A stretch of 64,000 nt of DNA from a bacterium (GCA_030646995.1 JAUSKF010000005.1:75323-139322); one strand, 5' to 3'. Shown: positions 9,778 through 19,254, counted from the first letter of the stretch. Notes: generated by a model not told the origin, from the letters alone. A program made the numbers and translations.

Positions 9778-11055
9778 ATGCGATATCGTAGCACCGAACG
9801 GCAGGCGCCGCTGGTGGATTTCCAAGAGGCGCTATTGCGCGGATTGGCTCCTGACGGTGGTTTGTATATGCCGGAGGAGATTCCAAGGAGAAAGATTTCT
9901 GATGGAAGTTTTCCGGAGATGGCCGCGGAAGTCCTGCGGGATTTTGTACCAACTGAAGGTCTGGTGGAGATTTGCCAAAGCGCCTTTTCTTTTCCGGTGC
10001 CCTTGCGTCATTTGAAAGATAATTTGTATCTGCTAGATCTCACGATGGGCCCGACGGCTTCCTTCAAAGATTTTGGAGCGCGTTTTATGGCGAGATCAAT
10101 GTCGCAGGCTTTGAAGCCTGGTCAGCTGTTGAATATTGTCGTTGCGACCTCCGGTGATACGGGAGGCGCGGTAGCGGCGGGGTTTGCCGGCGTTGCGGGA
10201 ATCAAGGTTTTTATCTTGTATCCCAGCAAGAGGGTGACTAATCTCCAAGAAAAGCAGATGACAACGCTTGGCGGGAATGTCTGCGCCCTGGAAGTGGACG
10301 GTGATTTCGATGATTGTCATCGAGTGGCAAAAGAAATTCTCAAAGACGAGATATTGCGTAAGGAAATTCCTATTTCTTCAGCGAACTCCATCAATATCGG
10401 TCGGCTTCTTCCTCAGATGACTTACTATTTCTGGGCGGAGGCAATGTTGCGGCTTGGCGGCGTGAAACGGAGGCCGATTTTCGTGGTGCCGAGTGGAAAT
10501 TTCGGCAACCTGACTGCCGGTTTGTTTGCCCGAGCGATGGGCCTGCCATCCGAATTGTTTGTGGCGGCGGTAAATCGTAACTGCGCGGTGCCGGAATATC
10601 TGGTGACCGGAAATATGTCTCCCAAGAAGACGGTACGGACTCTCTCGAATGCGATGGATGTCGGCAGGCCAGACAATTGGGATCGAATTATGGATCTTCA
10701 CGATTACGATCGGGGCCGAGTCGGCGCAGTCATGAGGACGGGCATGGTAGACGACCGGCAGGTAGAAAAGAAAATGGCCGAATTCTGCCAATACGAAAAT
10801 CGGGATATCGATCCGCATACTGCCGTTGGGCTGTGCGTTGCCTATGAGCTTTGCCACAACGAATACAGGAAGACTCCGGTGGTTGTACTTTCCACTGCTG
10901 ACGCCGGAAAATTCAAAGAAGTCTGGGAGAAGGCGACCGGTCGCCGCTTGGAACTCGCCTCAAGGCTGAAAGAAGTGCTTGCGAAAAAGAAAGAAAGCAT
11001 TCTGGTGTCGCCGAATAAAGAAGAAGTAGTGAAAATAATCAGATCCCGCCAATAG
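9778..11055 (+). CDS. thrC: threonine synthase
   Basis: ThrC N-terminal domain (GLAPDGGLYMPEEIP) and the PLP-lysine motif SFKDFG. Confidence 0.9.
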   Translation: MRYRSTERQAPLVDFQEALLRGLAPDGGLYMPEEIPRRKISDGSFPEMAAEVLRDFVPTEGLVEICQSAFSFPVPLRHLKDNLYLLDLTMGPTASFKDFGARFMARSMSQALKPGQLLNIVVATSGDTGGAVAAGFAGVAGIKVFILYPSKRVTNLQEKQMTTLGGNVCALEVDGDFDDCHRVAKEILKDEILRKEIPISSANSINIGRLLPQMTYYFWAEAMLRLGGVKRRPIFVVPSGNFGNLTAGLFARAMGLPSELFVAAVNRNCAVPEYLVTGNMSPKKTVRTLSNAMDVGRPDNWDRIMDLHDYDRGRVGAVMRTGMVDDRQVEKKMAEFCQYENRDIDPHTAVGLCVAYELCHNEYRKTPVVVLSTADAGKFKEVWEKATGRRLELASRLKEVLAKKKESILVSPNKEEVVKIIRSRQ

Positions 11056-11064
11056 GCGGGATTT

Positions 11065-11493
11065 TTATTTTCCAGTTGTGCCGAAGCCGCCGCGGTTCGC
11101 GCCTCCAAGGTCGTCTACCTCCTCCCATTCCACTTTCTCGTATTGTTTAATAATCATCTGGGCAATCCGATCTCCGCGTTCTATTTTTACTGGTTGGTCG
11201 GTGTAGTTATAAATTGGTGCGTGGTATTCATCATTATTGCCGCAGAAGTCTTCATCGCCGATTCCAACTCCGTGCGCCATAAATAAACCTCGCTTCGGGA
11301 GTGAGCTGCGTGCGGCAAGAAAAACATAATGACCGACAGGCAGTTTGATACAGACATTCAATGGCACCATCGCCAATGTTTTTGGCGCGACGATTACCGG
11401 AATGCGCGCGGAACAATCTAAAGCCACTGCTCCGGAAGTTTTGTAGGCGGGTAAATCTAAGGTCTTATCGATTCGTTTAATTTTTACTTTCAT
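11065..11493 (-). CDS. dut: dUTP diphosphatase
   Basis: dUTPase motifs: AVALDCSA, GIGDEDFCGNNDEY (motif 3 variant) and C-terminal RGGFGTTG. Confidence 0.9.
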   Translation of the reverse strand: MKVKIKRIDKTLDLPAYKTSGAVALDCSARIPVIVAPKTLAMVPLNVCIKLPVGHYVFLAARSSLPKRGLFMAHGVGIGDEDFCGNNDEYHAPIYNYTDQPVKIERGDRIAQMIIKQYEKVEWEEVDDLGGANRGGFGTTGK

Positions 11494-11813
11494 TGGGGCT
11501 GCATATGAATATTAGCTCTCGCCGCGTTGTTAGGCAAAATTCTTTAGTTCGCGAAGGAGCATCTTGAGCCATAGACTCTATTGCCAGGATGAGCTGACAA
11601 AGAAATAAAGAATTTTGCCAACAACCCTTCGGGACATCTCAAATTTTACTTGATAGCTTTGTTTCTCGGGCTAGAAGTAGAGTCTACATCTGCGCCCTCA
11701 AAACTTCACTCTCAAAGATAAAATTTGAGTGTCGCGGGGGAGATTAATATTCATATACAGCCCGGATTATATCAGGTACAATCGTACTTAGCTTTTTGAG
11801 GTAAAATAAATCC

Positions 11814-12473
11814 ATGAATCAAAAGAATGGCATTTTTCTAGTTTTCGAAGGCGGCGAAGGGAGCGGCAAGACCACCCAGGCGAAATTGTTGGCTGATGAG
11901 CTACGGAAAATGGGGCACGAAGTTTTGCTTACTAAAGAACCCGGCGGAGATGAGGGGATTTGCCGAGATATCCGAGCCTTGCTTCTGAATCCGGTCTATA
12001 GCGGGAAGATGTCCAACTTGGCCGAACTGCTTTTGTTTGAGGCTGATCGGGCCCAACATCTTGAAAAGGAGGTGCGACCTGCTCTGCAAATGGGAGTAGT
12101 CGTTATCAGCGACCGTTTTGAGGCTGCCACTTTCGCCTACCAGTGCGTCGCCCGTCAAGTTTGTAGCCCTGATGATTTCTGGCTCATTAATAACATAGCG
12201 ACTAATAGGTTAAGGCCCGATATGACATTCTGGATTGACGTGGAGCCTTCGCTTGGATTACAGAGGAACATCAATGCTAAGAAACGTGACCGTTTTGAAA
12301 TGGAAAACGTCGATTTTCATAGAAAGGTTCGGGCAGGATACCGAAAATTCTTTGACTCCTATGTTTTAAGCTTTCAGGGTGAGAAGTTTGACGGCGCTAT
12401 GAGTATTAATGAGTTGCATGTTCAAATTCTTGAGGCGGCGAAGAAGATGATATCTGGGAAATTAGGAAAGTAG
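11814..12473 (+). CDS. tmk: thymidylate kinase
   Basis: FEGGEGSGKTTQ P-loop, LTKEPGG, and the DRF motif of Tmk. Confidence 0.9.
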   Translation: MNQKNGIFLVFEGGEGSGKTTQAKLLADELRKMGHEVLLTKEPGGDEGICRDIRALLLNPVYSGKMSNLAELLLFEADRAQHLEKEVRPALQMGVVVISDRFEAATFAYQCVARQVCSPDDFWLINNIATNRLRPDMTFWIDVEPSLGLQRNINAKKRDRFEMENVDFHRKVRAGYRKFFDSYVLSFQGEKFDGAMSINELHVQILEAAKKMISGKLGK

Positions 12474-12536
12474 GCGGCTTGTATAAGCCGCTTTTTTGTC
12501 TTAATATCCCAGCAGAACTTTAAGGAGCTAGCTCGA

Positions 12537-12989
12537 GTGATTAACTCCAAGCTAATGGTCGGGCTGACCTATTTTGCCAGACTCAATTTAGCCAGAGGGC
12601 ATCCGCCAATTGCCGCTTGCCTGACGGTTGATAATGCAATGATTGCGTTCGGTTGGAATAAGCGTTTTTTGTTGAACGACCCAACTGCGCACGCGGAGAT
12701 GATTTGTTTGCGCAGACCGAAAGTAGGGATGCTGAAGCCTGCTGATTTCCGGCGAGCGGTTCTCTATACCACTCTTTCGCCCTGTTGGATGTGCTCCGGG
12801 ACTATTTTGATGCTGGGTATCAAAATAGTTGTAGTTGGAGAAAATACGACCTTCAAAGGCCCCGAGGATATTTTGAAAAGTAACGGCGTGCAGATTTTTA
12901 ACTTGGAGAGCCTGAAGTGCATCAACTTGATGCGCCGGTTTCAGAAGCGGTATCCGGGTCGCTGGAAAAGAGACATCAGCCAACTATGA
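12537..12989 (+). CDS. cytosine deaminase (yeast Fcy1-like CDA-fold zinc deaminase)
   Basis: HAEM...LYTTLSPCWMCSGTILMLGIKIVVVGEN closely resembles the Fcy1/CodA-type zinc deaminase core (H-A-E and PC-x-MC zinc ligands). Neighbours dut and tmk. Confidence 0.72.
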   Translation: MINSKLMVGLTYFARLNLARGHPPIAACLTVDNAMIAFGWNKRFLLNDPTAHAEMICLRRPKVGMLKPADFRRAVLYTTLSPCWMCSGTILMLGIKIVVVGENTTFKGPEDILKSNGVQIFNLESLKCINLMRRFQKRYPGRWKRDISQL

Positions 12990-13081
12990 ATCGCGAACAG
13001 ATTTTCCGCCGCCTTGCATGGAGCCTCGCCTTACTACTAGGCTCGTTACTTGCCCTCGTAGTACTCTCAAGATTTTTCTAA

Positions 13082-13112
13082 ACAAAAACCTCCGCATTCG
13101 CGGAGGATTTTT
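13082..13112. terminator. bidirectional intrinsic terminator
   Basis: aaaaaCCTCCGCattcGCGGAGGattttt: a 7-bp GC stem with A-runs and T-runs on both sides, between convergent genes. Confidence 0.7.
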
Positions 13113-13114
13113 AA

Positions 13115-13441
13115 TTAAGAGGCCTTTACGGCTTTAGGTTTGCATCTGGACACTTCCATAGTGATACTCGGATCATCTTCTGTGGGATAATAGCCGATCT
13201 CTCCCTTCACCGTTTTCCCGTCGATTGTTTCTCCGGTAAAGTTGAAGTGATGGCGACTGTCATGCGGCTCCAGCGTTTTCAGTCTTACATAAACAGTTGA
13301 GCCGTAAAGTCTCGGAAATGCAACAATAATGTTCCGCTCAACGATTGCCGCCTTCAGCCCTTCTTTAGTTGGACCGTACCACTTGTTGTCATGACTCCAA
13401 TCCATGCATCCCATCTTTGACCTCCTGAAATGTTCCGCCAC
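13115..13441 (-). CDS. hypothetical protein
   Basis: 108-aa ORF with no recognisable motifs. Confidence 0.4.
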   Translation of the reverse strand: MAEHFRRSKMGCMDWSHDNKWYGPTKEGLKAAIVERNIIVAFPRLYGSTVYVRLKTLEPHDSRHHFNFTGETIDGKTVKGEIGYYPTEDDPSITMEVSRCKPKAVKAS

Positions 13442-13483
13442 CTATTATATACAAATTTCCTCGAATGTACAGACCGTCTATTG

Positions 13484-13554
13484 AGCGGGTAACGGGAATC
13501 GAACCCGTGTATTTTGATTGGCAACCAAACGTACTACCATTGTACTATACCCGC
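13484..13554 (-). tRNA. tRNA-Gly (anticodon GCC)
   Basis: Reverse complement folds as a cloverleaf: acceptor GCGGGTA/TACCCGC, D-loop AATGGTA, anticodon loop TTGCCAA, T-loop TTCGATT. Confidence 0.85.
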
Positions 13555-13567
13555 GACAATGAAAATC

Positions 13568-14221
13568 TTATATCGTTTTTGCCAATAAATCAATCCATTT
13601 TAAGACCTTTTCTTTAAGGTAGGCACTATTCACGATTATCATACAGATTCCATTTTCTAGCCGTTTTGTGGGGTGTCGGCCGACTATGTATTGAGTTTTA
13701 TAGAATTGATTTCGCGGCAATCCAGAGGTTTCCGACCAAAATTTTTCAGCCTGTTTTTGAGAAATGTCTTTATATAATATCAATCCGACCCTAATTTTTT
13801 CTTTTGGTACTTTGAGCGCGCGATGTAGGAACTTAGTGTATAGCGCGATCATGTCGGCGCTAGAATTTGTCAGGCGTAGTGGGTTTTTTGTTTTGCTGTC
13901 GCCCTCCCCCCAATAAAGCATCAGCCCGGCAATAAAGAGGGGTTTTGATGCCTGTTGCCGAAATTCTGATTCGGCTTCAAATCGGGCTTGTTGGCGCCAC
14001 TTCAACCATTTTTCTCTGTTCGTGGAAACAAACTTTTTGATTCTCTCAGCCACCCGGGGGCTATTCGCCCTACTAAGTAGTCGTTTGACTCTTTCTGAAT
14101 CCCGGTTATTTTTGAACCATTCTGATAATGTGCTTTTGGCAATTCCCAAAGTTGTGCTAATTTCGTTGTAGCTTTTATTTTGTTGACGTAGGCTGATAGC
14201 CAGGTTCTTTTTGGGATTCAT
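13568..14221 (-). CDS. HTH-containing protein with a possible degenerate LAGLIDADG-like motif
   Basis: N-terminal HTH (SYNEISTTLGIAKSTLSEW). Internal IAGLMLYWGEGD resembles a LAGLIDADG block. The gene stops 14 nt before tRNA-Gly on the same strand. Confidence 0.4.
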   Translation of the reverse strand: MNPKKNLAISLRQQNKSYNEISTTLGIAKSTLSEWFKNNRDSERVKRLLSRANSPRVAERIKKFVSTNREKWLKWRQQARFEAESEFRQQASKPLFIAGLMLYWGEGDSKTKNPLRLTNSSADMIALYTKFLHRALKVPKEKIRVGLILYKDISQKQAEKFWSETSGLPRNQFYKTQYIVGRHPTKRLENGICMIIVNSAYLKEKVLKWIDLLAKTI

Positions 14222-14555
14222 TGCGATATAATACTTGAGTATAACACAAGAGTCCGGTTCTGGGCTACCTATAGTGCCACTTGAACGATGCTGATTATCG
14301 GCTATTACTAACCACTAGTAGCTAGTCGCTATTTTACCGGAGGGGCTTCGGACGGTCCCTTGGTGGACGGTTCACCAGTCGGACCTTCGAAATTACTCGG
14401 GGTTTGCGCAGGTTGGCGAATCGGTATTCCGGCCAAAACGTAACTTCCGACCAAGCCTAGAATTACTAAAACGACGAAGATTATTTTGAGTGTGCTTTTC
14501 ATATTGGTATAATGTAGTATATTAGAACAAATCTTTTAAGCCTGCAATAATCTAT

Positions 14556-16391
14556 ATGAAAAACATCGCTTCGAACATTTTCTGGGCAATTATCACTCTC
14601 TTAGTTATCTCGGTGGCATTTTCTTTTTTTCTAAGTCCCACCGATGAGCCTGCGAGGGTTAGCATTAATGAATTAGTAAATAAAATAAACAAAGGCGAGG
14701 TAGCTAAGATAGTTATTGCCGGCAGTGGCTTGGATATTGAGCTGAAAGACGGAGTGAAGTTAGTCGGGCAAAAAGAAAATGAAGCCGGCCTATCAGAAAC
14801 TTTAAGGAACGTCGGGGTAGATCAGAAAGCTTTGCAGTTGGTGGCCCTAGAAGTGAAGGACGAATCCGGTTTTAAATTCTGGGTCGGCATTTTACTGCCG
14901 GCTCTTTTACCTCTGCTTATCATAGTGGCAATGTTTTGGTTTGTGTTCCGACAGGCGAAATCAGGCGCCTCCCAAGCATTTACTTTTGGTCGCGCCAACA
15001 TCCGGCTTTCTACTCCATTTAAAGATCGTGTCACCTTTAAAGATGTGGCCGGGCTGAAAGAGTCCAAGCAGGAATTGGAAGAGGTGGTGGATTTTTTGAA
15101 GAATCCGAAAAAATATTTGGAAATCGGCGCGCGCATTCCCCGCGGAGTTTTATTGATGGGTCAACCGGGCACGGGCAAAACGTTGCTTGCCCGAGCCGTA
15201 GCCGGTGAGGCCGGTGTGCCATTCTTCCATATTTCCGCTTCTGAATTCGTGGAGATGTTTGTTGGCGTAGGAGCTTCCCGCACTAGGGACGCTTTCGCTA
15301 CCGCCAAGAAGGCTTCCCCGGCAATTTTGTTTATCGACGAAATCGATGCCATCGGACGCGAGCGGGGATCGGGCATTGGCGGAGGCCATGATGAGCGGGA
15401 GCAGACTTTAAACCAGATCTTAGTGGAGATGGATGGCTTTGAGCGGAATACCCGACTGATTGTGCTTGCCGCCACCAACCGGCCGGATGTTCTAGATAAA
15501 GCTTTATTGCGCCCCGGCCGCTTTGATCGGCGCGTCGTGTTGGATATGCCTGATATTAATGACCGGGAAGAAATTTTGAAGATTCATGCACGGGGCAAGG
15601 CCCTAGAAAAAGGAGTGGAGCTCCGCAAAGTAGCCGTCCGTACCCCCGGATTTTCCGGCGCCGATTTGGCTAACTTGTTGAACGAAGCCGCAATTTTTGC
15701 CGCCCGCAAAAATCAACGTCTTATCACCGAGCAGGATATTTTAGGCTCCATCGAAAAAGTGATTCTTGGTCCGGAACGTAAAGGCAGAGCAATAACCGAT
15801 AAAGATAAACAGATTACTGCCTATCATGAGGCTGGCCATGCTTTGGTTGCGGCGAGCTTGAAGGATGCCGACCCCGTGCATAAAGTGACCATCATCAGCC
15901 GAGGTTCCGCCGGCGGCTATACTTTGAAATTGCCGTTAGAAGAAAGTCACCTCACAACCAAAAAGCAATTTATGGCCGACTTGGCGACGATGCTTGGCGG
16001 GCAGGTAGCCGAAAGATTAATATTCGGAGATATCAGCACTGGCGCCTCTAATGATCTCAAGCAGGCCTCGGAGTTAGCGCGTCGCTTGGTCACCAAGTAC
16101 GGAATGAGCGATAAGCTTGGGCCGATGACTTTCGGGAAAACCGAGGAATTAATTTTCTTGGGCCGAGAGATTAGTCATGAAAAGAACTATTCTGAAAAGG
16201 TTGCTTCCGAGATTGATGAAGAAGTCAGCGGTTTTATAAACAAAGCCCACGAGTTGGCTAAAAAGATAATCAGCACCCGCAAGAAAGTTTTGGACGTTAT
16301 TGCAAAAACTTTGGTGGAAAAAGAAATGCTCGAGCAGGAAGAGTTTTATGCGATTTTGAAGCCTTTTAATTTGAAGCCGCTAGCTATCTAG
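14556..16391 (+). CDS. ftsH: ATP-dependent zinc metalloprotease FtsH
   Basis: N-terminal TM segments, AAA+ Walker A (GQPGTGKT) and B (ILFIDEID), SRH, and the HEAGHAL zinc motif. Confidence 0.95.
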   Translation: MKNIASNIFWAIITLLVISVAFSFFLSPTDEPARVSINELVNKINKGEVAKIVIAGSGLDIELKDGVKLVGQKENEAGLSETLRNVGVDQKALQLVALEVKDESGFKFWVGILLPALLPLLIIVAMFWFVFRQAKSGASQAFTFGRANIRLSTPFKDRVTFKDVAGLKESKQELEEVVDFLKNPKKYLEIGARIPRGVLLMGQPGTGKTLLARAVAGEAGVPFFHISASEFVEMFVGVGASRTRDAFATAKKASPAILFIDEIDAIGRERGSGIGGGHDEREQTLNQILVEMDGFERNTRLIVLAATNRPDVLDKALLRPGRFDRRVVLDMPDINDREEILKIHARGKALEKGVELRKVAVRTPGFSGADLANLLNEAAIFAARKNQRLITEQDILGSIEKVILGPERKGRAITDKDKQITAYHEAGHALVAASLKDADPVHKVTIISRGSAGGYTLKLPLEESHLTTKKQFMADLATMLGGQVAERLIFGDISTGASNDLKQASELARRLVTKYGMSDKLGPMTFGKTEELIFLGREISHEKNYSEKVASEIDEEVSGFINKAHELAKKIISTRKKVLDVIAKTLVEKEMLEQEEFYAILKPFNLKPLAI

Positions 16392-16447
16392 GCGTTCTAA
16401 ACTAGGCATTGAAAAATGCCCACTTTATGGCTAAAATGAGCTAAATT

Positions 16448-16520
16448 GGGCCAGTAGCTTAGTGGCTAAAGCACCGAGCTTATACCTCGGCGAGCGATGG
16501 TTCGAGTCCATCCTGGCCCA
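16448..16520 (+). tRNA. tRNA-Ile (anticodon UAU)
   Basis: Cloverleaf: acceptor GGGCCAG/CTGGCCC, anticodon stem CCGAG/CTCGG, loop CTTATAC giving anticodon TAT, T-loop TTCGAGT. Confidence 0.78.
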
Positions 16521-16563
16521 CAAACATAAACCACCACTTTCATGTGGTGGTTTATGTTTGTGT
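16521..16563 (+). terminator. long hairpin terminator after tRNA-Ile
   Basis: 17-bp perfect stem CAAACATAAACCACCAC / GTGGTGGTTTATGTTTG with a 6-nt loop. Confidence 0.6.
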
Positions 16564-16687
16564 GTCTTTACAGTTCGGAATGATTTTAAGGATTGTGGTA
16601 ACATTTAGTTATACCAGCCGTTACTAAAAATGTTTGTGGTGATGTAGTCGGTTAAAAGTTTGGTCAGTATATAAAAAAATAGACACA

Positions 16688-17941
16688 ATGGCGAAAAGCG
16701 ATAAGAGTGGCTTTAGGACAACTTTCACGGCCTTTTTTGTCGTTGTCGCAGTCATTGCGGTGGGAGTAATCAGTTATTTGATGTTGCGCAAATTTAGTGC
16801 CGAGGATTCGGCACAGACCCAGCAAGGCCCACAAACACCGGGTGTAGTTCTAGACACTGCGCCGTCATTTGCTCCGTCGGTAGATACTTCGAAAAATATC
16901 CTGAAGACTGATATTTCTACGCAACCAAGCGACAAATATAAAACTTCTGCAGATGTGGCCGTTTCAAATAGCGATACGACTAAGGAATCTACCGATTTTT
17001 CCTTAAAATTTGGCATAGGCGCTTCGGGAAACCGCGTGACCAGTTTACAAAAATTTCTTTCTCAATTTCCCGAAATCTACCCTGAGGGCCTAGTAACTGG
17101 ATACTTTGGCTCGCTTACCGAAAAAGCAGTCAAACGCTTTCAAAACAGAGAGGACATTGAAGAGGCGGGGGTAGTCGGACCAGAAACACTACAGCGGTTG
17201 AGCGAGCTAGGGCTGAACCTTCAAGAAGGGTCCATCAACACCGTTACTACCGAGTCCGCACCAGAGTCAGCGCCAGCCGCTCCACCCGCAGTGGAAGCAT
17301 TCTTAAAAATCAACTCCATAGACCAATCCACGCTTCCAGAGAATGTCGTTGGGGGGTTCGACACTTTATTTGCAAGATTTCGAGCGTCTGGAGGAGACAC
17401 AGCAATTAATCGGATGGTTCTGGTGTCCGATTCCATCGACGCCGACAAAAACATTTTGTTGGTGAAAGCGCATGTTGTGTACGATCTGACAAATTGGGGG
17501 AGGTCGCCTCTATTTGTCACATCCCCCACATTTCCTATGCACGTTCCTCAATCTGGCTCATCTCCTGAATACTGGTGGTGGTCGGTTGACCTGGCACCTC
17601 CCCGCTCCGTGCCCAATATAAGCTATCAAATAAGCTACGTGAACGGTATCGGGACCGTTACCACGACAACCGTGCCAGCCGTACCAAATGTCTGGGTTTC
17701 GCCGAAAATCATCGCAAATGACTCCAGCGCGATAATCAATGTTGAGGCCTACTGCGCTCATCCAGCCCGGTTTAGAGTTGGGATTATGAGCGTGGATGCT
17801 GTTTCTGGTTCATTATTCGGCGAAACCAATATCACTGGCAAGCCCGTTATTAGTGGTTTGTCTCAACCCCTATACGATCGCTACATTGAGTGCATAGTTA
17901 TGCCAGACGGCTCGATACGATCATCTCAATCCGGTACGTAA
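16688..17941 (+). CDS. hypothetical secreted/membrane protein with peptidoglycan-binding domain
   Basis: N-terminal TM or signal sequence. The internal block NRVTSLQKFLSQFP...GYFGSLTEKAVKRFQ resembles PG_binding_1. Confidence 0.5.
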   Translation: MAKSDKSGFRTTFTAFFVVVAVIAVGVISYLMLRKFSAEDSAQTQQGPQTPGVVLDTAPSFAPSVDTSKNILKTDISTQPSDKYKTSADVAVSNSDTTKESTDFSLKFGIGASGNRVTSLQKFLSQFPEIYPEGLVTGYFGSLTEKAVKRFQNREDIEEAGVVGPETLQRLSELGLNLQEGSINTVTTESAPESAPAAPPAVEAFLKINSIDQSTLPENVVGGFDTLFARFRASGGDTAINRMVLVSDSIDADKNILLVKAHVVYDLTNWGRSPLFVTSPTFPMHVPQSGSSPEYWWWSVDLAPPRSVPNISYQISYVNGIGTVTTTTVPAVPNVWVSPKIIANDSSAIINVEAYCAHPARFRVGIMSVDAVSGSLFGETNITGKPVISGLSQPLYDRYIECIVMPDGSIRSSQSGT

Positions 17942-18001
17942 CTTCTTGACTTGCAGAGTTAAATGAACAAGCCCCGGGCTTTAGCCCGGGGATGCGACCT
18001 A

Positions 18002-18031
18002 TTGACAATAATAGGGCAAGTATGCTATATT
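18002..18031 (+). promoter_or_regulatory. sigma70-like promoter module A
   Basis: TTGACA at 18002-18007, an 18-nt spacer, then extended -10 TGcTATATT at 18023-18031. Nearly identical to the module at 18725. Confidence 0.55.
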
Positions 18032-18037
18032 ATTTAA

Positions 18038-18703
18038 ACGTTCATCGATAATTTTCGCGGATCGGATGGCGCCAATATGGCCTCCCCGAGCCCCGCGATA
18101 CTCCAGTGAGGAGATGCGCCCAATGCGACGCTTCATCACCCACACCGCCGTCTAAATTGTCCAGGAGCGCCGGCCTCGTACCCGCAATTGCATAACGCCG
18201 ATAGGGCTGTGTAGTTGCGGCCAGTACAAGACCACGTCCAACGGTTATGCCGCGGCACCGTGCCAGACTAAGTTCGCGGTTGGGCATTCAACCAAACCCA
18301 TGGAGGGTAGAGGGAGAAAATGGGTGGCCAAAGGTGGCCCGCCCGGCCACAGATTGGGTTGTAGCCCGTAAAGGCCTAACAACAAAAGGATCTCGAAAGA
18401 GATCCAGATGTTCGCCGTACCCACAGAGGACGACCAGCGACCCAGCGAAACTGCTAGCCCCGGCCGCATCCCCTCAAGGGACGCGCGGCGGACCACTAGC
18501 CAAACTCTAACCATCGGAGGTGCGACTATGGGTCGTTATCCGTACGGTGCAATAAAGCCCGGTTAGTTAATTGAGAAGCGCGGATTTGGACAGAATTCTT
18601 AACCCCCCGCCTATCGCTAGCCGGGCGAGCGCCCAGCGCAAAAAAGGACGCCCACTCCGAAAGTGGGCAACCGCCCCGAGCTTAGCTCGGGGCGTTCTAT
18701 TTT
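18038..18703 (+). ncRNA. candidate large structured ncRNA of unknown class
   Basis: About 660 nt, visibly GC-rich against a roughly 45% GC background, with only short ORFs on all six frames. Begins just after promoter A. Contains many hairpins, including GGATCTC-GAAA-GAGATCC at 18388-18405 and GTGGCC-cgcc-cGGCCAC at 18337-18354. Ends in tandem hairpins plus a T-tract at 18648-18703. Confidence 0.4.
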
Positions 18704-18724
18704 ACCAACCTATTTTCCCAGCCC

Positions 18725-18754
18725 TTGACAAAGTAGACCCATCTATGCTATCAT
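18725..18754 (+). promoter_or_regulatory. sigma70-like promoter module B
   Basis: TTGACA at 18725-18730, an 18-nt spacer, then TGcTATCAT at 18746-18754. The sequence downstream through AAACG is shared with module A. Confidence 0.55.
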
Positions 18755-18816
18755 TAAACGTAAGATTCGTTGGTAGTCCTTTAATCAAACAACCCCATTT
18801 TCCCAAGGAGAGAACC

Positions 18817-19017
18817 ATGCAGGGCGATCGATTCCGTGACGAGCTCAAGACTCGAAAGATTGCCAGCGCCGAAAGGGCGGCGATCAGCAGGAAGCGTTCT
18901 GGTAAGAGCCCCAACCGGGCTCTGCGGTTCGGCGATCTGGATCGCGAGCAGGTTCGTCAGGTTCGCGAACTGGCGGCTCCACGTGAAAGCTGGCTCGGGA
19001 TGAATCCCGAATACTAG
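18817..19017 (+). CDS. small basic protein (66 aa), hypothetical
   Basis: ATG preceded by the RBS aaggagag. Arg/Lys-rich ORF lying between promoter B and downstream hairpins. Could instead be non-coding. Confidence 0.3.
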   Translation: MQGDRFRDELKTRKIASAERAAISRKRSGKSPNRALRFGDLDREQVRQVRELAAPRESWLGMNPEY

Positions 19018-19211
19018 CCTACCTACGGTAGGCAGGCCGGGTGATCGGCTAACCCCAGCGTGGGCGTCCACAGGACGCCATCTCGAAAAAGGAGGAAAGT
19101 GTGCGCCTCATAACAAACCCCGTCGCTTTTGCCCTGGGGCGGTAGGGGGAACGGACAAAGGGTATTAAATCCAGACGCAAAGCCCCCGATAAAACGGGGG
19201 CTTTCTTATAG

Positions 19212-19239
19212 TTGATTTTTTCCCAGACATGTTATAATA
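19212..19239 (+). promoter_or_regulatory. recG promoter candidate
   Basis: TTGATT-N16-TATAAT about 15 nt upstream of the recG start. Confidence 0.5.
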
Positions 19240-19254
19240 TAGGCAAACTTTACA

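Noticed and set aside
18042-18514. ORFs of 81-89 aa on both strands inside the GC-rich island (18042-18287 minus, 18245-18514 minus, 18247-18510 plus)
   Set aside because: They overlap each other on opposite strands and have Arg/Pro/Gly-rich compositions typical of spurious ORFs in GC-rich RNA. They lack RBSs.
18038-18703. RNase P RNA, tmRNA or a group II intron as the identity of the GC-rich RNA
   Set aside because: I could not find the P4 strands of RNase P (AAAGUCCGGGCU / ACAGAAnCCGGCUUA) on either strand. No tRNA-like 3' end with a TTCGAAT-type T-loop is present for tmRNA. No GUGYG 5' end or domain V hairpin is present for a group II intron. The class is left unknown.
16688-18703. Diversity-generating retroelement (target gene plus template repeat) involving the PG-binding protein and the downstream non-coding region
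   Set aside because: There is no reverse transcriptase gene. No segment of the non-coding island resembles the 3' end of the 16688-17941 ORF, so there is no VR/TR pair.
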